Source: an uncultured Candidatus Saccharibacteria bacterium
GTDB lineage: Bacteria > Patescibacteriota > Saccharimonadia > Saccharimonadales > Saccharimonadaceae
NCBI GenBank assembly: GCA_963548735.1
Contig: CAUUVW010000001.1
Location: forward strand, 11,602 to 75,601
Reading direction: 5' to 3'
DNA length: 64,000 nt
In this document: one piece after another, positions 20,280 through 29,805 of the stretch
Layout: each line of letters opens with the position of its first letter
Position numbering within the stretch: the stretch's first letter is position 1
Made by a program: the position numbers and the translations under genes
The notes under the pieces: model-generated
The model's database searches: none
Told to the model about the DNA's origin: nothing
What the model saw: only the letters and a program-made list of their open reading frames with translations

Positions 20280-21956
20280 CTACAGCACCCGATTGACTTC
20301 CTCTAGGGTGGTTTCGCCGGCTAGCGCCTTCAGGATGCCCTTCTGTAGCATAGTAATCATCCCGGCTTGACGAGCTGTGTTAGTGATGGCGTTAGCGTTA
20401 ACATCCTTGACTTCACCACTAATAAACTTAGCAATATCATCGTCAACCAGTAGCTGCTCCATCAGCACCTGGCGACCTTTGTAGCCGAAAGGATTCTCCT
20501 CAGACTTACCCGGGCGCCAGAGTCGAATATGGTCTAAGTCGGGTTTATCTGCACCATCTGGCAAATCTGCTAGACTCTGCCTAATCCACTGCTTAGTCAT
20601 TTCATCCGGCTCGTACTCTATCTTGGTGGCCGGATCTAATCGGCGAACCAGACGCTGACCAATCACCACTCGGATGGCGCTGGTAAAGACAGGGTTAATG
20701 CCGATCATATCAATGATCCGAGCAAAAGCCGAGCCGGCGTCCTGAGCGTGAAAGGTGGCCAGGAGCAGATGTCCGGTGATGGCCGCCTGGATAGCAGTCT
20801 TAGCCGTGTCGTTGTCTCTAATCTCACCGACCATCACTACATCAGGGTCAAGACGGAGAATAGTCCGCACGTTATCGGCGAAAGTCTGCCCATGGGTCGT
20901 ATCAACCGGAATCTGAGTGATACCCGGGATATCAAACTCTACCGGATCTTCCAGAGTGAGAATCTTGCGGCTGGTGTCATTAAGAGCATTAACGATGCTA
21001 AATAGCGTAGTTGATTTACCCGAGCCGGTCGGCCCGACCACCATGACCATGCCGTGCGGGTGTGAGATAATCTCCTTAAACTCAACCATTTCCTTATCGT
21101 CAAGACCCAGTACGTCAAGGCTGAGCATCTCGGAACGAAAGTTAAATAGACGGATTACGGCATCTTGACCATACATAGTTGGCACTGTCTCAATACGCAT
21201 ATTCAGAGTATGATCGTCCGCCTCCGCCTGGTATACTTGCCCTGACTTGTCTAATAGCTGGAACGACTTACGTAGCTCACCGATCTCCCGGACGATATGC
21301 CCTGACTGTGCCTCCATGGCAGCCGTCGATAAGTTAGCTGCGCTGGCAATTGAGCTGAATAGAACCCGGTACTTATCGTGTGATAGCGTCGCCACCGGGT
21401 GCAATGCCCCGTCGATTCGGAAACGAACTCGTACCTGATCACGCTGATGTTCGAGATGAATATCTGACGCACCTAACTTGTCTGCTTGGAGAATTAGATA
21501 ATTCAAGATATCATCAGGTCGCACTTCGTCCAGCTCGATGCTGACTTTGTGAATGGTGTCACTGTCGCCTTCTGAGCTGATCTGAACATCGTGATAGACT
21601 ACGTTCTTAGGCGGGTCATAGCGACGCATGATATTGCGAAATGACGAGTTGGAGATGACTTCATACCGGACACTCTCAGAGTCCCGCTCCGCCTGAGCGT
21701 TGATCTCCTTCAAGCGTGATTCAGGAGTGTCCAGGGTGATGCCGTAGATAGATGGGGTGATGTAGCTACCTTTAGCCAGAGGGATCATTTTGTAGCGGTA
21801 CATGTCTGAGATTTCCATCATGCCCTGGATCAGGGGGATGGTTGCTTCTTCATTAGTCATGTCCCGGTAAGGGACGCCTAAGATCAGGGCTCGTTTAGCA
21901 GTGCTGGCTTCGTCAGCTTCCCGAAAGCGCTGTTGATGTGCCGCTTCTTCATCCAT
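20280..21956 (-). CDS. pilB: GspE/PilB-family type IV pilus assembly ATPase
   Basis: ASDIHLE, RFRIDG, GPTGSGKST, TLEDPVE, LRLDPDVVMVGEIRD, TGHL. Confidence 0.85.
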   Translation of the reverse strand: MDEEAAHQQRFREADEASTAKRALILGVPYRDMTNEEATIPLIQGMMEISDMYRYKMIPLAKGSYITPSIYGITLDTPESRLKEINAQAERDSESVRYEVISNSSFRNIMRRYDPPKNVVYHDVQISSEGDSDTIHKVSIELDEVRPDDILNYLILQADKLGASDIHLEHQRDQVRVRFRIDGALHPVATLSHDKYRVLFSSIASAANLSTAAMEAQSGHIVREIGELRKSFQLLDKSGQVYQAEADDHTLNMRIETVPTMYGQDAVIRLFNFRSEMLSLDVLGLDDKEMVEFKEIISHPHGMVMVVGPTGSGKSTTLFSIVNALNDTSRKILTLEDPVEFDIPGITQIPVDTTHGQTFADNVRTILRLDPDVVMVGEIRDNDTAKTAIQAAITGHLLLATFHAQDAGSAFARIIDMIGINPVFTSAIRVVIGQRLVRRLDPATKIEYEPDEMTKQWIRQSLADLPDGADKPDLDHIRLWRPGKSEENPFGYKGRQVLMEQLLVDDDIAKFISGEVKDVNANAITNTARQAGMITMLQKGILKALAGETTLEEVNRVL

Positions 21957-22077
21957 GATTATATTTTAGCACAAGCGTTTACCAGCTTCTGTTCTATCTC
22001 TTTGCCCACATCATCGTCTTTCGTTGTTCGCCGGACTAGCTCTGATCCCAAACTGCTCATTACTACAGCCCTCATTT

Positions 22078-22528
22078 TTCGTCTGCATCATCATTTCCCT
22101 CAGACCCGCCTGGCCGGCTCGTGTACTGCTGAGCTTCAAGCGCACACAGTCTTCAGGAAATGGCTGACGCAGACGAAGGACATAATACACCTCTAGCGTG
22201 AGGGGCTCAAAGATTCATCACGTCTTCCCTCAGACGCTGACGAAGTCTTCGGTAATCCGTGATGAATCCGCCCCTCACGGTTACTCTGAGCTACAAGACT
22301 AAATTATTTATATGTCTGTAATTTCCCAAGCCTCATTTCTTGGTCTAGCTTCAGTCAAAGATGAACGCTCCTGGTACGAGTAGTACAGTGTGGTTGACGA
22401 AGGCTGTTGATATATCATTAAGCTGTCCAGTGCACGTGGTAGTTTATACGGTGCCAAGCCTGAGGAGGCCACCTGTACTACTCGTATGTCATAGGACTTG
22501 CGTAGAGGGGAAATTACAGACTTCGTCC
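22078..22528. ncRNA. Putative structured ncRNA or foldback element: three long hairpins with a shared motif
   Basis: Perfect 10-14 bp stems; TTCCCTCAGAC...GTCTTC repeated in two hairpins; no convincing ORF. Confidence 0.5.
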
Positions 22529-22583
22529 TGAGTCACAGGTCTGAATATGACTAGCCCTCTTTTTTCCCACCAGGGACTGCGTA

Positions 22584-24080
22584 CTATTTCAGCTTTTGAC
22601 GTAGGATCTTTTGGGCGAGGGCAGGGTTGGCTTGACCTTTGGACTGCTTCATGACTTGACCGACTAAGAAACCGATCACCTTATCTTGCCCTGACTTAAA
22701 GTCAGCCACCGCCTTAGCGCAACCCGGCGCAGCAATTACTTGATCAACGATCGCTTCAATCGCTCCCTCGTCACTGACCTGTAGAAGATGCTTTGTCTCA
22801 GCGACCGCTAGCGGATCTGCATCAGTCTGCAATATCTCAGCAAAGATCTCCTTACCGGCCGTCGACGACACTTCATTACCATCAAGCATCTGAGCCAGTT
22901 TGATCAGATGAGCAACGGACGGTAGATCATCCAGCTCACCGGGCGCAGTCTCATCGTCGCCACTCGGCAGACAACTAGCGAACAGATTGGCGACTCGCCG
23001 AGCCGCCGCCTCGCCCGATTGATCCAGGATGTCGCTAATGATAGCGGCAACCTGCCGGTGTGATAGCAACACTCGCACCACCGAGTTATCAAGCTTGAGC
23101 CGGGTGAACTTCGCCCGATAATCAGCGGGCATCAGCGGGAAGTCAGCTTGCATCTCGGCGACATCCGCTTCGGTCAAGACAACCGGTGGAATATCAGCAT
23201 CGGGCATATAGCGATAATCTTGGGCATTCTCCTTACTTCGTTGCTCAAAAGTCTTCCCTTCCGCTTCCGACCAGCCTCTGGTCTGCTGTTTGATCAATTG
23301 CCCGCTCTTCAGGACGCTAATCTGCCGACGAATCTCGTAATCAGTGGCTCGTTCAACCGCTCGAAATGAGTTCAGGTTCTTAAGCTCGGTTCTAGTCCCT
23401 AACTGATCACCCGGTTTCGCCACTGAGATATTGACATCGAAACGCATATTGCCGTGATATAGGTCGCCGATGGTCACATCAGCATAGGTCATCAGTAGAT
23501 GGAGCTCCTCTGTATAAGCTCGTGCCATACTAGCCGAGTGAATATCCGGCTCGGCAACAATCTCGATCAATGGAGTACCGGCTCGGTTTAGATCAACTAA
23601 TGAGTAGCTACCTAGGTGAGTTAGTTTTCCGGCATCTTCTTCAACATGAGCGTGGTGAATCCGCACTTGTTCACCACTAGGTAGCTTAACCAGCCCGCCG
23701 ATGATAAGAGGCTGATACATCTGAGATATCTGATAACCCTTAGGCAGATCGGGGTAGAAATAATGCTTACGGTCGAAACGACTCTCATGAGCGATCCGAC
23801 TACCTAGCGCCTTACCGGCTCGCACCGCCTTGACGATAGCCTCTCGGTTCAATACCGGTAGCATCCCCGGCAGAGCATAGTCAATCACACTAACCTTACT
23901 ATTTGGCTCCGCCTCCCGAGCGTCATTATCGGTGGCACTGAAGAGCTTAGTGGCAGTATTTAACTGGACGTGACACTCTATGCCAATAGTTGGTAAGTAG
24001 CCATCCATCAGATAACGATTAACTTCGCCATCAATTCTACTGCCATGTTCACCGGCACTGCCTAATACGTCTTTTGTCAT
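22584..24080 (-). CDS. gatB: Asp/Glu-tRNA amidotransferase subunit B (start codon may be further downstream)
   Basis: IGIECHVQL, FDRKHYFYPDLPKGYQISQ, DLNRAGTPLIEI, DYRYMPD. Confidence 0.97.
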   Translation of the reverse strand: MTKDVLGSAGEHGSRIDGEVNRYLMDGYLPTIGIECHVQLNTATKLFSATDNDAREAEPNSKVSVIDYALPGMLPVLNREAIVKAVRAGKALGSRIAHESRFDRKHYFYPDLPKGYQISQMYQPLIIGGLVKLPSGEQVRIHHAHVEEDAGKLTHLGSYSLVDLNRAGTPLIEIVAEPDIHSASMARAYTEELHLLMTYADVTIGDLYHGNMRFDVNISVAKPGDQLGTRTELKNLNSFRAVERATDYEIRRQISVLKSGQLIKQQTRGWSEAEGKTFEQRSKENAQDYRYMPDADIPPVVLTEADVAEMQADFPLMPADYRAKFTRLKLDNSVVRVLLSHRQVAAIISDILDQSGEAAARRVANLFASCLPSGDDETAPGELDDLPSVAHLIKLAQMLDGNEVSSTAGKEIFAEILQTDADPLAVAETKHLLQVSDEGAIEAIVDQVIAAPGCAKAVADFKSGQDKVIGFLVGQVMKQSKGQANPALAQKILRQKLK

Positions 24081-24084
24081 CGTT

Positions 24085-24510
24085 TTATATCGCTCCTAAA
24101 TCCCGCAGGGCTTTCTTATATATCGCCAGCATCCGAGTGGCCACGGATTTATTGACCGAACCATTTACCTCGTGGGCAATCCGATTGCGCACTTTATGCG
24201 CCGCCCAAACTCCATTAATATCACTAAATAGCTTATTTGATTTCTTTAGGCGATCGCCCATCGTCTGCCCAGCCACTCCACTCTCTCGTAACGCTTTGTC
24301 CAGTAGTTTATCGGCACTGAGAATGGCAAATTGATACGAGGCTAAGTTATCTCTATCAATATTATTATCAATCTCCAGCCAAGCAGTCCGATACCGTTCC
24401 TTATTAAGAACCTTGCCATGGCCTCTAGTCAAAGCAATGATCGCTAGGAGTACACCACCGACAACCGCCACGATAGCTATCATGATCGCAGTCGAAAACG
24501 TGTTAGGCAT
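24085..24510 (-). CDS. Membrane-anchored protein with a HEPN-like R-x4-H motif
   Basis: N-terminal TM helix, ILSADKLLD, HKVRNRIAHE; start moved to ATG 24510, which overlaps the gatA end. Confidence 0.65.
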   Translation of the reverse strand: MPNTFSTAIMIAIVAVVGGVLLAIIALTRGHGKVLNKERYRTAWLEIDNNIDRDNLASYQFAILSADKLLDKALRESGVAGQTMGDRLKKSNKLFSDINGVWAAHKVRNRIAHEVNGSVNKSVATRMLAIYKKALRDLGAI

Positions 24511-25915
24511 TGTCCGCCTCCAGTTGCTTCGCCATAGCAAGTAAGCTAGCGTCCGCCTTGGCCGGAGCAATTAGCTGTATCCCAATCGGCAACCCCGCCC
24601 CGCTACGACCGTTTGGTACAGATATAGCAGGTAAGCCAGCCAGCGAAGCAGGTACGGTCATAGCATCCGCCAGATACATCTTGAGTGGATCATGAGTATT
24701 CTCGCCCAACTTAAAAGCTGGTGTCGGTGAAACTGGAGAGAGCAAGAAATCGTAGCTCTCAAACAGCTTGTCTAACTGTCTGATCAGAAGTGTACGAGCC
24801 TGCTGCGCCTTAAGATAATACGCATCATAATAGCCACTAGACAGCACGTAAGAGCCGATCATGATGCGACGTTTGTTCTCCGGCATCAGTCCATCGTCTC
24901 GGCTCATACCGTAGACATCATCTAGCCGGTGCGCCTCAGGCGAGCGCTCACCATAGCGGATACCATCGTAGCGAGCCATATTTGACGACAGTTCAGCGGG
25001 TATCACTATGTAGTAGATCGCCAGGGCATACTGAGCCATCGGTAGCTTCACTAAGTCCACCTGATGCCCCGACTCACGTAAGCGCTGTGCTAATTGGTTG
25101 GTCTGACTAGCTACGTCATCATCAACCCCCTCGCCGATGAAGTCCTCAATCAGACCAATACGCTTCCCGCTAGGAGACTCAGTTAGCGGAGAAAAATACC
25201 TGGGGTAGACCGTACTATCTCGCTGATCTTGACCTGCTAGAATATCGGCTATAATCTCACTATCCCGCACCGTCCGAGTTATCGGACCGACCGTATCGGT
25301 CGAGCTGGCCATCGCCACTACGCCATAACGGCTAATCATGCCATAAGTTGGCTTATAGCCCACCACACCGTTGAAGCTGGCCGGTTGACGGATTGACCCC
25401 CCAGTATCCGACCCTAGGGCAAAGGGTACGATACCGCTAGCCACCGCCACCGCTGAACCGCCCGAAGAGCCGCCTGCCACTCGACCCTTGTCAATGGCGT
25501 TACGAGTCGGACCGAAAGCACTATTCTCGGTCGACCCACCGTGAGCAAAGGCGTCCAGGTTCGCCTTGCCAATCATTATGGCATCCTCAGCCTCAATTCG
25601 TTCGATCGCCGTGGCATCAATTGGCGAACGAAAGCTGTCCAGCATTTTACTGGCAGCTGTTGTGTGACCAACCCTAGTCAGGAAGTTATCCTTGGCTACG
25701 TATGGTACTCCGGCTAGCCTCCCCACAGACTCGCCCTTCTTGAGCCTAGCATCAAGCTGATCTGCTCGGGCCAGTGCCTGCTCGGCACAGATCTCCAGCA
25801 GACAGTGCAGCTCATCTCGCTCCCTAGCTTGAGCTAGCGCCCGCTCTACCTCTGCCCTGGCTGAGGTACGACCGGATTTAACGTCAGCCACAATCCGCTC
25901 TATTTCGCTCTTCAT
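24503..25915 (-). CDS. gatA: Asp/Glu-tRNA amidotransferase subunit A
   Basis: Amidase signature GGSSGGSA, GSDTGGSIRQPA, GYYDAYY. Confidence 0.97.
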   Translation of the reverse strand: MKSEIERIVADVKSGRTSARAEVERALAQARERDELHCLLEICAEQALARADQLDARLKKGESVGRLAGVPYVAKDNFLTRVGHTTAASKMLDSFRSPIDATAIERIEAEDAIMIGKANLDAFAHGGSTENSAFGPTRNAIDKGRVAGGSSGGSAVAVASGIVPFALGSDTGGSIRQPASFNGVVGYKPTYGMISRYGVVAMASSTDTVGPITRTVRDSEIIADILAGQDQRDSTVYPRYFSPLTESPSGKRIGLIEDFIGEGVDDDVASQTNQLAQRLRESGHQVDLVKLPMAQYALAIYYIVIPAELSSNMARYDGIRYGERSPEAHRLDDVYGMSRDDGLMPENKRRIMIGSYVLSSGYYDAYYLKAQQARTLLIRQLDKLFESYDFLLSPVSPTPAFKLGENTHDPLKMYLADAMTVPASLAGLPAISVPNGRSGAGLPIGIQLIAPAKADASLLAMAKQLEADNA

Positions 25916-25916
25916 C

Positions 25917-26201
25917 CTATAGTACCTTGGGGACTTTTACCTGACCATCTTCACTATCGGGCGCCAGTTGCAATAGCTCCCGTCGCTCCAGCTGGGGTTT
26001 GACTTCATCCGTCCGCCAGACATTCTCTAGCCCGGTTAGCTGAAAGGTCGGTTCGACTCCGGCGGTATCCAGCTCGTCTAACTGATCTATATAGCCAACT
26101 ATCCTGTCAATATCACTAGCTAGCGAAGTCAGCTCAGCCTTACTCAGTCTAATCTGACTTAGCTCCGCCAGATGGCGCACATCTTCTAAACTAACACTCA
26201 T
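25917..26201 (-). CDS. gatC: Asp/Glu-tRNA amidotransferase subunit C
   Basis: HLAELS...LDTAGVEPT...KVPKVL; directly upstream of gatA. Confidence 0.95.
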   Translation of the reverse strand: MSVSLEDVRHLAELSQIRLSKAELTSLASDIDRIVGYIDQLDELDTAGVEPTFQLTGLENVWRTDEVKPQLERRELLQLAPDSEDGQVKVPKVL

Positions 26202-26253
26202 CGCTCTTCATTATACACTCTTGTCGCCCAAAACTTGCGCTCCGGAGAGCTAT

Positions 26254-26928
26254 CTACCTGGAGAGGGTGTTGACGTCGTAATAGTGCTGCATCAAGCTCT
26301 CGGTACTGGTAGATGGAGTGTGGGTCTTCACCAGTACAGCGATGGAAGCCAAGCTTAACCCGGCGATAGCCACTGATAAGACGATGATAGATAGCTGCGA
26401 CGGCTTGAGCTCTGCCTTGACGAACTTACCGATCATCACCTTAGCGCCAAATAGTCCGCCGGCTATGCCGGACATAGGAATGGTACCGCCCAGTAAATTA
26501 GAGACCCACGGTGTATGCTCGTTGACTGACAGTAGCGACGCCAGCAAGATACCACAGGCCGCTACCGCTGCCAGACCGGCAAAGACTAAGCAAAACGATT
26601 GCCCGGCCTGACTAATCAGATGATAGCTCCGACTGTTGACCAGCATACCTGCATCCTTAGAAGCAACTATCTTGCCAAGTGACAATTTAGCGACAACAGC
26701 CAGGAAGACCGACAGACACCCGCCGGTTACTATCGAAATAATACTCCCATTACCGAAAATGCTTAGTAGGCTCGGTGCCGAGACGCCGGCGTCAGCGAGT
26801 CTAGCAATGGCACTAGTCAGAGTGAAGGCACCCAGACCCATCGACAGTATAGTCGCAATGACTGCTGTACCATACTGAATTATCAGCTCATTAGCTGTGG
26901 ATTTCTTATCCTCCATTATCCCCCTCAC
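26254..26928 (-). CDS. Hypothetical multi-pass membrane protein
   Basis: About five hydrophobic segments; no recognised motif. Confidence 0.65.
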   Translation of the reverse strand: MRGIMEDKKSTANELIIQYGTAVIATILSMGLGAFTLTSAIARLADAGVSAPSLLSIFGNGSIISIVTGGCLSVFLAVVAKLSLGKIVASKDAGMLVNSRSYHLISQAGQSFCLVFAGLAAVAACGILLASLLSVNEHTPWVSNLLGGTIPMSGIAGGLFGAKVMIGKFVKAELKPSQLSIIVLSVAIAGLSLASIAVLVKTHTPSTSTESLMQHYYDVNTLSR

Positions 26929-27061
26929 TACGGATTACCCGTCAATTAGTTTATGGCTCTATTATACAGCTTGACCGACACAAGACCAAACCTTGACCAA
27001 TTGCGTTCTTATGCTACTACACATCCGGTATCAGCCCGGTTCGCAGTAAGACAAACTTACG

Positions 27062-27859
27062 CTATTTCTTCTCTCGATACGTCGCTATAGCCTGCCGGGC
27101 AGCAGCCTGCTGAGCTTGTTGCTTGCTCGTACCGGTGCCCCTACCCATTTCCTGACCGGCTACATAGACCCCAACGACGAAGGTCTTGTCGTGATCCGGA
27201 CCGGACTCATCCAGCACTCGGTAACTCGGCGTCTCGTTATCAATCCGTTGCGATATCTCTTGCAGGTACGACTTGGCATCACGCCAACTGCCATCTCTCA
27301 GAATCTCGTCAACATTAACTAAGATATGCTCCGAGATAAATTGGCTAGCCACCCGGTAGCCTTGGTCGAGATAGATCGCCCCGATCAGCGCTTCAAAGCA
27401 ATTAGCCACTATATGCAGCTTGGCTTGCTCCGATCCATCTCGCTCGCCTTTCGACATCCGTACCAGCGGCTCATAGCCAAGCTCATCACCGGCATCACGG
27501 ATCGATTCTGTCCGAACTAAAGCCGAGCGCCACGAGGTCAATACCCCCTCCGGCATGTCAAAGCTACGAAAGAGATAGTCAGTCGTAGCTAGCTCTAATA
27601 CTGCATCACCCAGAAACTCCAGTCGTTCATTATGAGCTTTCGCCACTCGCCGATGCTCGTTAACATAGCTCCGATGAGTCAAGGCGGTGACCAGTAGAGA
27701 TGGATTACTAAAGACAAAGCCCAGTTTAGCCTGCGCCCAAGCTTGGTAAGGGGCGAAATCAACCCCCTCCACGATTGGCACTACCGGCGTACCGGCTGCA
27801 CGATGTGTAAACTCCATTCCGACCGCTCTTTTCTGGCGGCGATTTCTAGTCCTGCTCAT
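27062..27859 (-). CDS. rnc: Ribonuclease III
   Basis: ALTHRS, NERLEFLGDAVL, FEALIGAIYLDQG, C-terminal dsRBD. Confidence 0.97.
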   Translation of the reverse strand: MSRTRNRRQKRAVGMEFTHRAAGTPVVPIVEGVDFAPYQAWAQAKLGFVFSNPSLLVTALTHRSYVNEHRRVAKAHNERLEFLGDAVLELATTDYLFRSFDMPEGVLTSWRSALVRTESIRDAGDELGYEPLVRMSKGERDGSEQAKLHIVANCFEALIGAIYLDQGYRVASQFISEHILVNVDEILRDGSWRDAKSYLQEISQRIDNETPSYRVLDESGPDHDKTFVVGVYVAGQEMGRGTGTSKQQAQQAAARQAIATYREKK

Positions 27860-28583
27860 TTAACTCCCCTCTCTGTACCAAGCGGCGTCGTCCCAGTCGA
27901 ATTAGCTTAGCAATATCTCGATAAGCGATAACATCAACCGCCTCGTTATAGCTAAACCATTTGATGCCGTTCATCCAATCCTCTTTTTTAATTTGGTCAG
28001 TATCGCCCAATGCTTTGAATAGATATATTTGAGTGCTCATGAGTACTAAGATATTCTCTCGTCGGTAGCGAAAATGGATCTTACCCAGCCAGCAAATAGG
28101 GTCAAGCTGGTAGACGCCCGCCTCCTCGCCGATCTCGCGAATCGCCGCTTCTTGAGCCGTCTCGCCTTCCTCGATATGACCTTTAGGGATGGTCCAACGG
28201 TCAAAATGATCAGCCACCAGCAGAATCTCCAACCCACCGGCCTCGCTGAAACGATATATAACCCCGCCGGCGGTTGCTTCTCGAGATATCTCAGAGATGG
28301 TACTATGGCTACCATTCTTGGTAATTACTTTCTGCAAATTGCCCCGCACCAGCGGCTTGGAAGCTAAACTGGTCTGACTTAGTGGAATATCCCGTCGGAC
28401 CTTAGCAGCAGGCTTGGCTGATGCCTGCTCAGCAGTAGCTCGCTTCTTTAGCCACGCCGCCCGACGACATCGATTACGGGTCTGACCGGTACTGCGCCGG
28501 CTGGACACCGGCTCGCTAACTCTAGGTGAACTCTTATTTCGTCTCTTGCGAAGACGTTTGTTTTGGTTGCTTGCTTTGCTCAT
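27846..28583 (-). CDS. NUDIX hydrolase with a long basic N-terminal extension
   Basis: Nudix box PKGHIEEGETAQEAAIREIGEEAG; start placed at ATG 28583 behind GAGGAG. Confidence 0.85.
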   Translation of the reverse strand: MSKASNQNKRLRKRRNKSSPRVSEPVSSRRSTGQTRNRCRRAAWLKKRATAEQASAKPAAKVRRDIPLSQTSLASKPLVRGNLQKVITKNGSHSTISEISREATAGGVIYRFSEAGGLEILLVADHFDRWTIPKGHIEEGETAQEAAIREIGEEAGVYQLDPICWLGKIHFRYRRENILVLMSTQIYLFKALGDTDQIKKEDWMNGIKWFSYNEAVDVIAYRDIAKLIRLGRRRLVQRGELNEQD

Positions 28584-29019
28584 CTCTCTCCTCGTTGATC
28601 TTGCGCCAAATGGTACCCAGTACGCCATTAACGAAGCGAGAAGAGCTATCCGAACTAAAGGACTTAGCCAACTCAACCGCCTCGTTGATCGCCACCTTAG
28701 GTGGGATATCACCGGCAAACTGAGTTAGTTCAAATACCGCCATCCGCATGATATCTCGATCGATGATGGAGATCTGGCTCAGTGGCCAGTCCGGCGCTAC
28801 CGGAGCAATCATAGCATCCAGCTGACGACCGGCCCGATTAACCCCGACCGTTAGCTTGCGGACAAAGTCCTTGTCGTCGATCTTTTTCTCGTAGCGTTCC
28901 AGATTGCGATTCAGAATGCTCTCCAGATCAATCGACTCGTCACCCAGTCTATCTCGAAAGTCGTATTCATAAAGTGTCTGCAGTGCAATAATCCTACCTA
29001 AATGCCGATTACTAGCCAT
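28534..29019 (-). CDS. nusB: Transcription antitermination factor NusB
   Basis: ALQTLYE, PPKVAINEAVELAK, FVNGVLG. Confidence 0.96.
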   Translation of the reverse strand: MASNRHLGRIIALQTLYEYDFRDRLGDESIDLESILNRNLERYEKKIDDKDFVRKLTVGVNRAGRQLDAMIAPVAPDWPLSQISIIDRDIMRMAVFELTQFAGDIPPKVAINEAVELAKSFSSDSSSRFVNGVLGTIWRKINEERDEQSKQPKQTSSQETK

Positions 29020-29051
29020 CTTGTTTTCTCCCGCCTCATCAAGTTATTTTG

Positions 29052-29201
29052 CTACTTTAGCGCAGCTTTGCCGGTGTCGTTCTTGGTCGTGACAGCTTTG
29101 ATCGGCGACTTAGCGTTCACTCGGCGAGCTAGCTTAAGTAGCAGATGACTACGACGATTGCCAGTCCGACGAGGGCTGGTCTGCTTCTTTGGCTTACCCA
29201 T
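29052..29201 (-). CDS. rpmF: 50S ribosomal protein bL32, short Cys-less variant; not in the ORF track (<60 aa)
   Basis: Manual translation MGKPKKQTSPRRTGNRRSHLLLKLARRVNAKSPIKAVTTKNDTGKAALK; PKK.TS..R...RRSH motif; upstream of nusB. Confidence 0.85.
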   Translation of the reverse strand: MGKPKKQTSPRRTGNRRSHLLLKLARRVNAKSPIKAVTTKNDTGKAALK

Positions 29202-29336
29202 TTACTTATCTCTCCTTCTTTGTGATAAATTATTTACATCTTATCAGCAGTTAGGCATTTTAGCAAGTTGCCAAAGTGCATTGCTGATGCTCTGGCAATT
29301 GATTATACCTCCAAGATACGCTAAGATTGAGCCGAG

Positions 29337-29687
29337 ATGAGACAACCGAATTATCCAAGTAGTCAAGGCGATAGCCTAAATGAGCGTAGCCACGACACTG
29401 ACGATATTGCCGAGCAAGAATTGTGCGAGTACGATGCTGAATACCTGTATCACAAGAATGCCTGCCGACATAAGAAGCAACTGGAGGCGGTGCGCCGGCA
29501 ACAATACCAACGAGAGTACCTCAATCAGATAGACAGCGACCGAGCCAAGCAGAGACGCCGACGGAGAATAGTCGTAGGGATATCTGCCGCTATCATAGGG
29601 CAATTATTACTGAGCAGTCCTTTCTCCTGCTCCGCCCCTAGCAATAACTACCGGACTGAAGAGAGCACTACCAGCCAATCGCCTTAG
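29337..29687 (+). CDS. Hypothetical protein with one TM segment
   Basis: Charged N-terminus, RRRRR then a hydrophobic stretch; fills the intergenic space. Confidence 0.55.
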   Translation: MRQPNYPSSQGDSLNERSHDTDDIAEQELCEYDAEYLYHKNACRHKKQLEAVRRQQYQREYLNQIDSDRAKQRRRRRIVVGISAAIIGQLLLSSPFSCSAPSNNYRTEESTTSQSP

Positions 29688-29766
29688 CACCGCCCACTTC
29701 TCACCGACTCCTGCGAAGACAAATAGCAAGACAAGATAATATCCATATTAGAGCCACCTACCCCTA

Positions 29767-29795
29767 TTGACATAGACCGTCCTGCATGTTACTGT
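29767..29795 (+). promoter_or_regulatory. Sigma70-type promoter
   Basis: TTGACA-N17-TACTGT with TG extension, 10 nt before ATG 29806. Confidence 0.6.
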
Positions 29796-29805
29796 ATCAA
29801 CTATT

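Noticed and set aside
21959..22196. Short ORFs upstream of pilB (87 aa on plus in the track; 33-38 aa on minus ending at 21959)
   Set aside because: No recognisable motifs; the plus ORF overlaps pilB and hairpin H1; the minus ORF is possible but unsupported
22078..22560. Hairpin region as a CRISPR array, attC cassette array, RNase P RNA, tmRNA or group II intron remnant
   Set aside because: No regular repeat-spacer period or cas genes, no RYYYAAC/GTTRRRY ends, no GAGGAAAGTCC, no tRNA-like ends, and no convincing domain V
28584..28718. N-terminal 45 aa of the 290-aa NUDIX ORF in the track
   Set aside because: Lies inside nusB in another frame; ATG 28583 has an SD and is the likelier start
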